Source of the DNA: Flavobacteriales bacterium
GTDB taxonomy: Bacteria > Bacteroidota > Bacteroidia > Flavobacteriales_F > PHOS-HE28
Direction: 5' to 3'
Assembly: GCA_016703005.1 (NCBI GenBank)
Contig: JADJCX010000033.1
Span: 164,430-228,429 of the forward strand
DNA length: 64,000 bases
Part shown: positions 17,480 to 27,051 of the stretch, piece by piece
Position numbering within the stretch: the stretch's first letter is position 1
Layout of the letters: every line of letters starts with the position of its first letter
Program-made: the position numbers and the translations under genes
The notes under the pieces: generated by a model
Seen by the model: the letters and a program-made list of their open reading frames with translations, nothing else
Database searches by the model: none
What the model was told of the DNA's origin: nothing

Positions 17480-18202
17480 ATGAAGCAACTGCTCGTTTTT
17501 GCTGCCCTCCTGATCGTTCCAGCCATGCACGGCCAATCGTTGGAGTACGCTTGGCTCAACCAGCCCTGCGCAACAGTGTTGAACTGTGATAGTGGCTGCA
17601 CCGCTTGCTTGATGCCGGAAGGCGCAGGCCTCGCCTTCACCGGTACGGCTGCCGTATGGCAAGGCATAGATGCTTGTCCTCATCCGGTTTCGTCCGGCGA
17701 TAATGCGGTGATCACATATGGTTGGCCTACCATTGCCGATATCGACCACTATGTTTCGATATCCGGTATCGCATTCAGTCCCATGCACATCGACAGTATC
17801 ATCATACGCCACAACGCCAGTGCGGACGGCCCCCAGCGATTGACCGTCCGCTATGGCGCGAACACCACTATGCCGACGACCGTCGTTTGCGATGTTCCAA
17901 CACCGGAGTTGCTCAACGAAACCGTAGTGACCGACCTTGGTTGCGTAGCAGCGGAGGATGGTATGATCTACGGCTTTTTCCAATTGCTCCTGCAGCCCTA
18001 TGATGGAGGCCTTGGTGCGTGGGCGATCGATGACCTGCGGATCGTGGCCAGCCCTTGCGCAACAACTGGCATTGGCGAACTCTCCGCGGCACAGCGTACT
18101 TCGGCTCCAACCATGTTGTTCGATGCCCTTGGCAGGCCGATCGGACAAGTCGCGGCCAGCGGTCTCTACCTCAATGGCAGCAGGGTAGTGGTACTCCGCT
18201 GA
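17480..18202 (+). CDS. Secreted hypothetical protein with T9SS-like C-terminal domain
   Basis: Signal peptide MKQLLVFAALLIVPAMHGQ. C-terminal PTMLFDALGRPIGQVAASGLYLNGSRVVVLR. Confidence 0.5.
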   Translation: MKQLLVFAALLIVPAMHGQSLEYAWLNQPCATVLNCDSGCTACLMPEGAGLAFTGTAAVWQGIDACPHPVSSGDNAVITYGWPTIADIDHYVSISGIAFSPMHIDSIIIRHNASADGPQRLTVRYGANTTMPTTVVCDVPTPELLNETVVTDLGCVAAEDGMIYGFFQLLLQPYDGGLGAWAIDDLRIVASPCATTGIGELSAAQRTSAPTMLFDALGRPIGQVAASGLYLNGSRVVVLR

Positions 18203-18258
18203 GCCCAACCACCAAGTGGCGCCGCGATCGACGGCATGCATTGCTTTGCACGATGCAC

Positions 18259-19127
18259 CACGCTGGAACTTTCTTCTTGTTTTCCCTTGCGCTCGCGATC
18301 ACCCCTGTGAATGCGGGTCATGGAACACCATTCGATCTATCCCACCCAACACGTCGTTACCCCTTGCCCGCAGAGTTGCTGGAGATCTCCGGCATCACCG
18401 ATGTGGATGCGAACACCATCGCCTGCCTGCACGATGAAGCGGCCACGCTCTACTTCATCGATCTCATTTCAGGAAGCATTGTCGATCGGTTGACCTTCGG
18501 TGTTCCCGGCGACTATGAAGGCCTTACCCGCGTCGGCGAACTCTACTTCGCTTTACGAAGCGATGGATTGATCAATCGACTTCGGTTACGCGATGGCGCG
18601 ATCGAACTGTTGGATACGTTCCGCCTGGCGATACCGAACCAGAACATCGAAGGTCTCGGATACGATGAGGCCCTGGACCGGGTACTCGTTTCACCGAAGG
18701 ACTTTGCCAAGGGTGACAAAGCAACCCGGGATGAGCGTGTGATCCATGCTTTCGATCCGGTCACAGGGAAGATGGCGACTGAGCCCGCTCTGCGGTTCTC
18801 AGTATCAGGATCATCGCGCAAGCCCAAGCCATCGGTGTTAAGTTGCCCATGCGGAAAACGGACAATGGCCGTGAGTTGCCGGCGTTGAAATTGCGGCTCA
18901 GTTCCGTTGCCGTGGATCCTGAGACGGACCATTACTACTTGCTCTCGGCGGTAGATCATGTGTTGCTGGTGCTGGACCGCAATGCACGTCTGGTCTCGCT
19001 GCATCTGTTGGATCCGCTGGCATTCCCGAAACCGGAGGGCATCACTTTCCTGCCGGGCGGCGATATGCTGATCAGCAACGAGGGCAAGGGTGGTCAACCG
19101 GATCTGTTGCGCTTCAATGGCCAATGA
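18259..19127 (+). CDS. SdiA-regulated/YjiK-like beta-propeller protein, frameshifted
   Basis: ELLEISGITDVDANTIACLHDEAATLYFIDLISGSIVDRLTFGVPGDYEGLT in ORF 18055-18888. Continuation ...IAQAQAIGVKLPMRKTDNGRELPALKLRLSSVAVDPETDHYYLLSAVDHVLLVLDRNARL...ITFLPGGDMLISNEGKGG in ORF 18843-19127 in another frame. Shift near 18800-18815. Confidence 0.5.
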
Positions 19128-20169
19128 ACACCTTTCCGGTATGGAATTGAACACCATCGGCCTCCGCAAACCGATCTACCCGATCAATGATCGGTTGGCC
19201 GGCTACCTGAAGGCCATCGATCGTTCCGATAAGTTGCCTGTTGTGTACTCGGATCTGTTGCGCCATGAGGGGCTCTTGGCACAGAAGGATGCTCAAGGAC
19301 GAGAGACGCTCTGGACAACGGTTCTGCTGAGACCTGCGGAGATGGACGACCTCCATCAGCGGTTGGTGCAACTCTACCAGATGCTTGTGGCCGATGGCCG
19401 GCATGTGGACCACCTGCGCGTGGCAAGCATCGATTTCTGCGCATACGGCAACAGCCAGCCTTTCCGTATTAAGATCCTCAACCAGATCAACGACAACCAC
19501 GATTACTACTATATCAAAAAGGCCGACGCCAGCCGCGTGTACGGACTTGAGCTGGAGCACCTTCTCAGCCCGAACCGCATCAACTATGCGGTGGATGGCA
19601 GCACACTGGTGGAAGAACACATCATCGGTGTACCCGGGGATGACTTCATCAAAGACCCCTTCCACTATGGAGGCAACATCAACGCGGTGCGCCTGAGCAA
19701 GGAGTTCGTCAAGTTCAACGAGCGCTGTTTCGCTCGGCTGCTGGGGGACATGCGCGCCTACAACTTCGTGGTGGACGTGATCCAGGACTTCGACAAGGTG
19801 CAGTACCGCTTGCGGAGCATCGATTTCGACCAGCAGTGCTACGAAGGACGGCACCGCATCTACCTGCCCCAGTTCTACAAGGAGAACCTGCCCTACGTAC
19901 AATTCGCCCAAGAGCATATCGGCAGCGAGAGCACTGAACAGTACGGCATTGAGGAACGCGCACTGTTGCGCAAGCGTTACCGCTTGTCGCAGGCCCAGCT
20001 CGAAGAATTGTTCAATGTGATGCACACCGATACCATCAGTACGCCCGAACATGTGGGCATGCTCGCGCAAGAGCTCAGCCAACTGCATGGCGATGCGCGC
20101 ATGGCCATGTGCGACAATATGGGAGCGATCTTGGAATTGCACCTGAAGCTGCGGTTGGGGTTGGAGTGA
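19090..20169 (+). CDS. Conserved hypothetical protein (function unknown)
   Basis: 359-aa ORF with no recognisable motif. Start ambiguous (19090/19117/19138). Confidence 0.45.
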   Translation: MVNRICCASMANEHLSGMELNTIGLRKPIYPINDRLAGYLKAIDRSDKLPVVYSDLLRHEGLLAQKDAQGRETLWTTVLLRPAEMDDLHQRLVQLYQMLVADGRHVDHLRVASIDFCAYGNSQPFRIKILNQINDNHDYYYIKKADASRVYGLELEHLLSPNRINYAVDGSTLVEEHIIGVPGDDFIKDPFHYGGNINAVRLSKEFVKFNERCFARLLGDMRAYNFVVDVIQDFDKVQYRLRSIDFDQQCYEGRHRIYLPQFYKENLPYVQFAQEHIGSESTEQYGIEERALLRKRYRLSQAQLEELFNVMHTDTISTPEHVGMLAQELSQLHGDARMAMCDNMGAILELHLKLRLGLE

Positions 20170-20237
20170 AACAGCCCAGCATTCTTCCGGCCCTGTTCAC
20201 AACGACCTGTTGATGGAAAATGGTCGATCGGGCTTGA

Positions 20238-20822
20238 ATGCTCTTGATCGATCCATCATGGGATCCTACGTTTGCCGTCCACCTGAAAAAAACTACTGAC
20301 CATGCGACGACTTACCGCGTTCGGCATGATCATCGAGCACTGCTGGCGGCGCCTTCGGCCCATGCAAGTTGCCTGAAGATCGAAGGGCTTGTGATGGATC
20401 ACGCAACAGGTGATCCGGTCGACGGAGCACTGGCGCGCCTCTACAAGAACGGTGTAAAGGTGGACGCGGAGATGACCACCGGTCGCGGCCGTTTCATCTT
20501 CCAACTCGACAACAACGCGCAGTACATCATTCGTGTGGGCATGGAAGGTCGTGTTACCAAATGCTTCCAGGTGCTTACGTACGGTCCGGAATGGGAAGGG
20601 GCCAACATGGTGTGTGAACTCGAAGTGGAAGTTTCGCTGGTGGAGCGCATTCCCGGCATGGACCTCAGTTTCTTCGATATGCCCTTGGGTCTGGCGAAGT
20701 TCGAACCGCTCACCGGCAGCATCGTATGGAACAGGGCCTATGAGCAAGGCATCGTGCCGAAGTGGACGAGCGTGATGCTGGAGTACGCGGCTCGCCGGGA
20801 TGAACTCGCGCTGAAGCCCTGA
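20238..20822 (+). CDS. Hypothetical protein with carboxypeptidase-regulatory-like beta-sandwich segment
   Basis: GLVMDHATGDPVDGALARLYKNGVKVDAEMTTGRGRFIFQLDNNAQYIIRVGMEGRV resembles CarbopepD_reg. Start uncertain. Confidence 0.4.
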   Translation: MLLIDPSWDPTFAVHLKKTTDHATTYRVRHDHRALLAAPSAHASCLKIEGLVMDHATGDPVDGALARLYKNGVKVDAEMTTGRGRFIFQLDNNAQYIIRVGMEGRVTKCFQVLTYGPEWEGANMVCELEVEVSLVERIPGMDLSFFDMPLGLAKFEPLTGSIVWNRAYEQGIVPKWTSVMLEYAARRDELALKP

Positions 20823-20842
20823 CAAGTCCGATCGAAAGAGGA

Positions 20843-20878
20843 AGCCCCGCCGGTATCACCAGCGGGGCTTTGTTCATC
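20843..20878. terminator. Bidirectional rho-independent terminator
   Basis: gaagccccgc-cggtatcaccag-gcggggcttt followed by a TTGTT run. Between convergent genes 20238-20822 (+) and 20893-21708 (-). Confidence 0.6.
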
Positions 20879-20892
20879 ATGGGAAATGGTGC

Positions 20893-21708
20893 TTACCTGA
20901 AAAAACGCACCGCGTGCGGGCGCCCGTTCAGCCATAACCGTCCGATGTACACGCCTTGCTCCGCCAAGGCGGGCATTACGATCACTTGCTCGCCTTGCGT
21001 GTTGCCCATTGCCGTGTTCGACAGCAAGAGCCGACCACGGGCATCAAGCACCTCTAGCCGAACATCGCCCGCTTCCAGCAGGCTGAAATGGAACGTGGTG
21101 TTCAACTCGGTGGCTGATGCGCTGAGCCCGGTAACCACGTCGATCTCAGGTATGCCAACCGCATCCACGATATCCGCTGTGTAGTCCTCCAGTTCGCCGT
21201 GGTAGCCGAAGGGGTCCGCGGGAAGGTCGCAAGGTGATGGAAGGGTATGTCCGCCATGGCTGCACATCTTGGCGGTAACGCGCATCCGTGTCGGACCGGT
21301 CATGGCTGTATTGGGAATGGTGATCTGTCCGGTGTACACCGGCCCGGCGAGGTGATCGACGGACAGCAATGTTTCCCCAACGTCGTCCAATTGTCCATCA
21401 TGGTTCATGTCGATCCATATGCGCAGGTTCATGTGCGGGCTGATGATGTTGTCGATCGTAAAGCCGATCGTCACCGCATAGGTGGCACCCTTTTCAAGTT
21501 CGGTGGTAAGCCCCGTGTTCACGTAGCTGTTGTTCGGATAGTTCTCGATGTCGGTACTTGTTCGGTCGATGGTGTTGCACGCGAAATGCGTGATACCCGG
21601 CATACTGGCCGCGTAAGGAATGGCGGTGGTGGGCACACACCATTGGGCGTTGATAGCCGCAGCGGTGAACACCCAGGCAACGGAGAGGAAAGTTCTTGTC
21701 ATGGCCAT
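20893..21708 (-). CDS. GEVED-domain secreted protein with T9SS C-terminal sorting domain
   Basis: Signal peptide MAMTRTFLSVAWVFTAAAINAQ. WCVPT... HGELEDYTADIV (GEVED). C-terminal TFHFSLLEAGDVRLEVLDARGRLL...GVYIGRLWLNGRPHAVRFFR. Confidence 0.65.
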   Translation of the reverse strand: MAMTRTFLSVAWVFTAAAINAQWCVPTTAIPYAASMPGITHFACNTIDRTSTDIENYPNNSYVNTGLTTELEKGATYAVTIGFTIDNIISPHMNLRIWIDMNHDGQLDDVGETLLSVDHLAGPVYTGQITIPNTAMTGPTRMRVTAKMCSHGGHTLPSPCDLPADPFGYHGELEDYTADIVDAVGIPEIDVVTGLSASATELNTTFHFSLLEAGDVRLEVLDARGRLLLSNTAMGNTQGEQVIVMPALAEQGVYIGRLWLNGRPHAVRFFR

Positions 21709-21842
21709 TGGTTTTGGTTCGGCCAATTGACCATGTGGAGTGGTATTCAGTTGCACCCACTGTGACCGACAGGGTCACTTGTCAGGCAACGGTCGATAGT
21801 GCCAACCATCGGCGTGACGAACTACTTGATGGACCGTTGGGC

Positions 21843-22745
21843 CTACTTCGCCCTCGGGTGGAACTGCATGATGTTGCTCCGCAGGTAGTCCCGGTCCAAG
21901 TGCGTGTAGATCTCGGTGGTGGTGATACTGGCGTGGCCCAACATCTCCTGCACTGCACGCAGATCGGCGCCACCTTCCACCAAATGTGTTGCGAACGAAT
22001 GCCGGAAGGTGTGCGGGCTGATGGTCTTGCGTATGCCCGCTTTCACGGCCAGTTTCTTCACGAAGTTGAACACCGATATGCGCGAAAGCCCACTTCCTCG
22101 GGTGTTCAAGAAAAGGAAGTCCTCGGCGGCTTTTTGCACGGGCAGGTGCACGCGCTCTTCGTTGCGGTACACATCGATCTGCTTCATGGCTTCCGGACTG
22201 ATCGGCACCAGTCGTTCTTTGTCGCCTTTGCCGATCACCCGAACGAAACCTTCATTGAAATGAAGGCGGCTCATGCGCAACGTGCACAGTTCACTCACAC
22301 GCAGCCCGCAGCCGTACAGGGTTTCCAACATGGCCCTGTCGCGATGGGCCATCGGGCGGCTCATATCGATGGCCGCCACCATGGCATCGATCTCCTGTAG
22401 GGTGAGGAAAGTCGGAAGCTTGCGGCCCAAGCGCGGCATGTCCACCAGTTCCGTCGGGTCTGTTTTCAGGATCCGTTCCACGCGCAAGCACTTGTAGAAG
22501 CATCGTACCGCGCTCAACAACCGCGCTTGGCTGCGCGCGCCCAATCCTCCTTTCGCGACCGTGGTGATGAAGGCTTGGATGTCTTCCAAGGAGAGGTGCA
22601 CAACATCGAGTGAAGGTGAGTGTGCTTCGCAGAACCGCAGTAGTTTGCCCAAGTCCCGCACGTAGGCTTCCACTGAGCGATCGCTCAATGAACGCTCGAG
22701 TTTCAGATAGGTGCGGAACAGATCCGTGGCTTCAGCGCTTCCCAC
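21843..22745 (-). CDS. xerD: Site-specific tyrosine recombinase XerD
   Basis: 300 aa. LKLERSLSDRSVEAYVRDL...RHSFATHLVEGGADLRAVQEMLGHASITTTEIYTHL, with catalytic R..H..R..Y. Confidence 0.8.
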   Translation of the reverse strand: MGSAEATDLFRTYLKLERSLSDRSVEAYVRDLGKLLRFCEAHSPSLDVVHLSLEDIQAFITTVAKGGLGARSQARLLSAVRCFYKCLRVERILKTDPTELVDMPRLGRKLPTFLTLQEIDAMVAAIDMSRPMAHRDRAMLETLYGCGLRVSELCTLRMSRLHFNEGFVRVIGKGDKERLVPISPEAMKQIDVYRNEERVHLPVQKAAEDFLFLNTRGSGLSRISVFNFVKKLAVKAGIRKTISPHTFRHSFATHLVEGGADLRAVQEMLGHASITTTEIYTHLDRDYLRSNIMQFHPRAK

Positions 22746-22825
22746 GCTACAAAGCGCGGTGTTATTGAGTGAAGTAGGTGAAGGATGTGAGGTGGGTATT
22801 GCACGATCACATGTGCATCAGCCGC

Positions 22826-23950
22826 TCAAACCGACCTCAGGAAAGTCATGGTATCCATCCCATCGGCGTAGTCGTCCACCGCTGGGTACTGCGATCGGCC
22901 GAAGGGAACATGGCCGTGACCAACGATGCACTGGATCTCTTCACGCCGCGCTTCCAGACCGACAAGCACCGCAGCACGGTCATCATATCGTTCGAAGTGG
23001 ATCGAGGCCACCGGACTTGCCAAGGCTTCCGCCTCACGCACGAGCAGGAATCCATTTTCCACGAGTTGCACACGTTCCAACAGCCACACGGCTTTGTTGT
23101 AGTCGTAGTTGTTGCCGTACTTGTTGTGGTTCACGATATCCTTCCACGGATAGATGGCGCCGAAGAAGCGGTCCAGGTCGAAATTCCTAGGCACATAGAG
23201 CTTGCTCACGTTGCGGCAGCCTAATCCGAAATACCGGAACACATCCTCGCCCAAAACGACCAGTTCCGCGTCGCTCTCCGATCCGTCCAGCACGGCAACA
23301 CTAATCCTGCCTTTGCGCAGCAGTCGGGGGAGGTGCCCGAAGTAATGTTCGAAGTACCGCGCTGTGTTGTTGCTGCCCGTGGCGATGATGGCATCCACAG
23401 CACCCAGTTTCCCTTCATCCGCCGACACCAGTTCCTTGACGCCCGGTGCGAACCGCTCGAGCACTTCCAAGGCCGCCGGTATCAACACATTGTCCTGGCT
23501 GCTCAGTTTCACTCGTGCCCGATGACCGGAAAGCACAACGCATAGCAGATCATGGAACCCCACCATCGGGACGTTGCCCGCCATAATGATCCCGATCGAT
23601 CGCTGGGTGGCAGGCGCAGGGGCCATCGGCAGCCACGATCGCAGCGCTTTCTCTTCAAGCATCATCGCAAGGGACCCGAGCATATGCCGCACGTTGGCCG
23701 GGGTGAACCAGCCGTTGACGATACCGGCACGGTCTATGGCGCGTTCGAACCCTGCGTACTCATCTTCGCTCAGGCCGCAGGAAAAGCCCGGCCATGTTGC
23801 AGATCGCGCGAACAGGTCGAATACGTTGCCGAGTTGAACGAAGGCGCCGAGCCGCTGCTCGAAGGGTAGTTGGGTCACGGGTATATTTGGCCCGCCTTCG
23901 CTGAAGATCTTGCGAGCGGGGCGCGAAAATAGAACGGACACAATGGCCAT
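22826..23950 (-). CDS. Acyl-CoA reductase (LuxC-like) family protein
   Basis: ...FEQRLGAFVQLGNVF...GIIMAGNVPMVGFHDLLCVVLSGH...NTARYFE...LGCRNVSKLYVP. Start uncertain: the ORF extends to 24007, but the homologous region begins near 23880. Confidence 0.55.
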   Translation of the reverse strand: MAIVSVLFSRPARKIFSEGGPNIPVTQLPFEQRLGAFVQLGNVFDLFARSATWPGFSCGLSEDEYAGFERAIDRAGIVNGWFTPANVRHMLGSLAMMLEEKALRSWLPMAPAPATQRSIGIIMAGNVPMVGFHDLLCVVLSGHRARVKLSSQDNVLIPAALEVLERFAPGVKELVSADEGKLGAVDAIIATGSNNTARYFEHYFGHLPRLLRKGRISVAVLDGSESDAELVVLGEDVFRYFGLGCRNVSKLYVPRNFDLDRFFGAIYPWKDIVNHNKYGNNYDYNKAVWLLERVQLVENGFLLVREAEALASPVASIHFERYDDRAAVLVGLEARREEIQCIVGHGHVPFGRSQYPAVDDYADGMDTMTFLRSV

Positions 23951-24290
23951 TACGATCACCGAGGAATGCATCAATTGCGGCGCGTGCGAACCCGAATGCC
24001 CCAACAATGCGATCTATGAAGGGGGCGCGGAGTGGCGCATGGGCGATGGCACCAGTTTGAAAGGTCAACTGACCACCCCTACGGGCAATACATACGAGGC
24101 CGGCACGGCCCAGACCCCAGTGGCCATGGATGTCTACTACATCGTTCCGGATAAGTGCACGGAGTGTACAGGCTTCCACGATGAACCGCAGTGCGCCGCC
24201 GTGTGTCCGGTGGATTGCTGTGTGGACGACCCGGACCACCGGGAAACAAAGGAGCAGTTGATGGCCAAGAAGGAATTCATGCACTTGTAG
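23943..24290 (+). CDS. 2x[4Fe-4S] ferredoxin
   Basis: MAITITEECINCGACEPECP and KCTECTGFHDEPQCAAVCPVDCC are two Cys clusters. Divergent from the acyl-CoA reductase. Confidence 0.7.
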   Translation: MAITITEECINCGACEPECPNNAIYEGGAEWRMGDGTSLKGQLTTPTGNTYEAGTAQTPVAMDVYYIVPDKCTECTGFHDEPQCAAVCPVDCCVDDPDHRETKEQLMAKKEFMHL

Positions 24291-24375
24291 CATGAGGCCT
24301 CGTGCTTCGATGCCCCGTCTCCGCTCGACATAACAAGACCATGGGCCTCGCTTGGTCGACTTGTCAACTGAAGCG

Positions 24376-25278
24376 ATGAGCACTATACGGCCCGGTGTTG
24401 GCGTTTGCAGTGCTGTGAGAGCTTTTGCCGCGATCATCTCCTGTTCCCTTGCGACGCTCGTCTGTGCACAAGGTTCTGCCGTTCCGGATTCCCTATTATC
24501 GGGGCATATGCACCGGTTGGCGGAAGCGAATGCTGATACAACGAAACGAATGGCGAGTGCTGCTTTGAAGACCGATCTTCTGCGTGCACTGAATTCCCCG
24601 GATGCCTTTTCGCGCGACTTCTCCACGGTGCCGTTGAGCCGCATCGATGCACCTGACGGCAAGTTCCGGTTGTTCACTTGGAATATCCCGATGGAAGATG
24701 GCTCCCATCTTTTCGAGGGCCTGCTTTTGGTGCGCAACGGAAAGAAGGTCGCTGTTGTAGAACTGCATGATCAGACCGCCACGCTTGGAGTGCCCGAGCG
24801 AACGGCGCTATCCGCCGATCGTTGGTACGGTGCGCTGTACTACGCGGTAATACCAGTAAAGAGCGGCGGCAAGGTGCTGTACACCCTGCTCGGATGGAAG
24901 GGCTACAGCAAAGTGGAGGTGCGCAAAGTGGTGGAGGTGTTGAGCTTCAAAGGCGGCACCCCGCGCTTCGGGGCAGAGGTTTTTGAAGTGTTCGATGCCA
25001 AGGGCAAGGTTGAGCGCATCCGCAAGTCTCGGCTCGTGTTCGGATTCAATTTTCAGGTGAGCATGAGCCTGAAGTGGGAGGAAGCTTCTGCGAGGATCAT
25101 ATACGATCACCTATCACCATCGCGCCAAGATCTTGATGGCCAGTGGCCGTTCTATGGTCCTGACATGAGCTACGATGCCTACGTGTGGGAAAGGAACCGC
25201 TGGACCTATCAACGGGACATTGACGCCCGCGATACCGGCCGCGATGGCAAGCCATGGAACAAGCCCCCAAGGGAATGA
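24376..25278 (+). CDS. Secreted hypothetical protein
   Basis: Signal-like MSTIRPGVGVCSAVRAFAAIISCSLATLVCAQ. No recognised domain. Confidence 0.5.
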   Translation: MSTIRPGVGVCSAVRAFAAIISCSLATLVCAQGSAVPDSLLSGHMHRLAEANADTTKRMASAALKTDLLRALNSPDAFSRDFSTVPLSRIDAPDGKFRLFTWNIPMEDGSHLFEGLLLVRNGKKVAVVELHDQTATLGVPERTALSADRWYGALYYAVIPVKSGGKVLYTLLGWKGYSKVEVRKVVEVLSFKGGTPRFGAEVFEVFDAKGKVERIRKSRLVFGFNFQVSMSLKWEEASARIIYDHLSPSRQDLDGQWPFYGPDMSYDAYVWERNRWTYQRDIDARDTGRDGKPWNKPPRE

Positions 25279-25298
25279 CCGGAACGCCCGACACAACA

Positions 25299-25336
25299 GA
25301 AAGCGAAAGCCCCGAATTGTCGGGGCTTTCGCTTTG
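25299..25336. terminator. Bidirectional hairpin terminator
   Basis: aagcgaaagccccga-attg-tcggggctttcgctt is a perfect 15-bp stem between convergent genes. Confidence 0.6.
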
Positions 25337-25353
25337 ATGAAGGAGGTATCGGA

Positions 25354-26925
25354 TCAGCGCTGCACAACGATGCGCTGCACGGAACGCGCACCACCTGAGA
25401 TCACCTCGAGGTTGTAGATGCCCTCGGCTGCAGCGCCCAGATCAAGCGCAACGCGTTGCGTTGCAGCACTGGAGCGTTGGTCGAGCACTACACGGCCCAT
25501 GGCGTCGGTAACGCGCAATTGGATGGTGCTGGTAAGGCTGCTCGGCAGTTCCACTGTGAAAATTCCCACGTTCGGATTGGGGTATACGCTAACACCGGCA
25601 AGCACTCCGAACTCCTCAATGCCCACGATATCGTTGATCCCATCAACAGTGTTGCCACAGTTGCCAAGCCATTGGTCAATGTTCGGATAGGAAACGCTGA
25701 ACTTGCCATAGAAGTCATTGAAGTTGAACGAGCAGCTCGCTTGTCCGCCGAAGAGTTGGCCTACAAAGCGACCGTTCTGGTCCCACAGGCCGCTGCCGCT
25801 GCTGCCAGGTTCGGTGGTGCCATCGTCCCAACCTTGCACATGCCAGCACTGGGCACCGCTCATTGTACCGGTGATCACCGGCTCTTCCTCAATGCTGAAT
25901 TTCTTGATGTCGCCGCTGGGGTGGTGGATAGCGCGCACCTCCGTGGCAGCCGTACCGCTCTTGTCCCAACCGCTGAAGAACACGTTGTACGCATCCGGCA
26001 AGTTGTCATCGAGAAGCAGCAGAGCGAAGTCGCTGCCAGCGCCACTGGCCAATTCGGTCGCGCCGCTAACGGTCTGGTTCATCCCGGGGTTCGTGGTAGG
26101 AGTGCAAGCCGGACTGTTCCAGTTGAAAGCGAAAACCCATGTGGCAGGATTGCTGATCATGCAGTGGTTCGCGGTCATGAAGTAGGGGACCTCGTCGTGT
26201 GCACAGTTGTCGAGCAACGAACCTGTGCAGTGGTCGCCACCACCGACCACGATGCGCGCAACACTGCGGATCTGATCTTCGTAGCCCACGCTGATCGGGC
26301 AGATCACATTGTTATTGCAGGATCCGCTTGCGCCAAAACCCTTAGCCATATCGAAGCTGTCGCGGTAGCCGTGGGTTACCTGACCAATGCGAAGCTGGCC
26401 TTGACCGGCTCTGCTTGCGGGTTCCACGTACTCGATCGTGATGCGATCGCCCTGCATGAGACCCACACCGAGAACAGTGTGCCCGGGGTGACTGGCTGCC
26501 GTGAAGGCACCCATCGTATGCCCGAGAGGGTTGTACACGAAAATTTGGCCACCCTCCGGAACCACGTAGGTGTTGAACTCGAAGTTGACGCTGAAGGCTC
26601 CCGGACATTCGATCCCCAGGCGCCACACGCGGTCGCCATTGGCGAGCGTGCTCCAAACACCGCTGTTATCGAGCGTGAAGTCGGTGGCGTGGTTGATCCC
26701 GAAGCGTTGGCGCTTGCTTCCAGCGGCAAGGCGCTCGGCGTCTTCCACCATCAGGGTCAGCGCATCCACCGCAGGCATCACGTGTACGGGTGCGGCGGGT
26801 AATGTGCTCTTGTACTCGCTCAAGCCGACCGGGCTTCCGCCGAAGGAAACCTGGGCGGAGGCGATGGGGCTGATGAGCATCGTGGCCGCAATGGCCAGTG
26901 AGGGTATCGGTTTCTTCATGATCAA
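25354..26925 (-). CDS. Trypsin-like (S1, lysyl/glutamyl-endopeptidase-like) serine protease with T9SS C-terminal domain
   Basis: Signal peptide. TGSLLDN...MTANHC (His), GSSGSGLWD (Ser). C-terminal GVSVYPNPNVGIFTVELP...GIYNLEVISGGARSVQRIVVQR. Confidence 0.6.
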   Translation of the reverse strand: MIMKKPIPSLAIAATMLISPIASAQVSFGGSPVGLSEYKSTLPAAPVHVMPAVDALTLMVEDAERLAAGSKRQRFGINHATDFTLDNSGVWSTLANGDRVWRLGIECPGAFSVNFEFNTYVVPEGGQIFVYNPLGHTMGAFTAASHPGHTVLGVGLMQGDRITIEYVEPASRAGQGQLRIGQVTHGYRDSFDMAKGFGASGSCNNNVICPISVGYEDQIRSVARIVVGGGDHCTGSLLDNCAHDEVPYFMTANHCMISNPATWVFAFNWNSPACTPTTNPGMNQTVSGATELASGAGSDFALLLLDDNLPDAYNVFFSGWDKSGTAATEVRAIHHPSGDIKKFSIEEEPVITGTMSGAQCWHVQGWDDGTTEPGSSGSGLWDQNGRFVGQLFGGQASCSFNFNDFYGKFSVSYPNIDQWLGNCGNTVDGINDIVGIEEFGVLAGVSVYPNPNVGIFTVELPSSLTSTIQLRVTDAMGRVVLDQRSSAATQRVALDLGAAAEGIYNLEVISGGARSVQRIVVQR

Positions 26926-27051
26926 GGTTTGCGCGACAAGGGTTGAAGAGTTCGTTCTGCCACAAAAGAACGCCCGAACGGGATGGACCGTTGCCCGGTT
27001 CGACGAATTGCCCGGTACATTTTTTCCACAAGACGTGGAATGTCAGGAGTG

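Noticed and set aside
17417-18241. 274-aa minus-strand ORF overlapping 17435-18202 (+)
   Set aside because: The + strand product has a signal peptide and a T9SS-like C-terminus. The minus-strand translation is low-complexity with no motif.
21843-22745. XerD as a marker of an integrated mobile element
   Set aside because: There are no flanking direct repeats, tRNA, or second integrase/mobilisation genes. The sequence looks like the housekeeping chromosome-dimer-resolution XerD.
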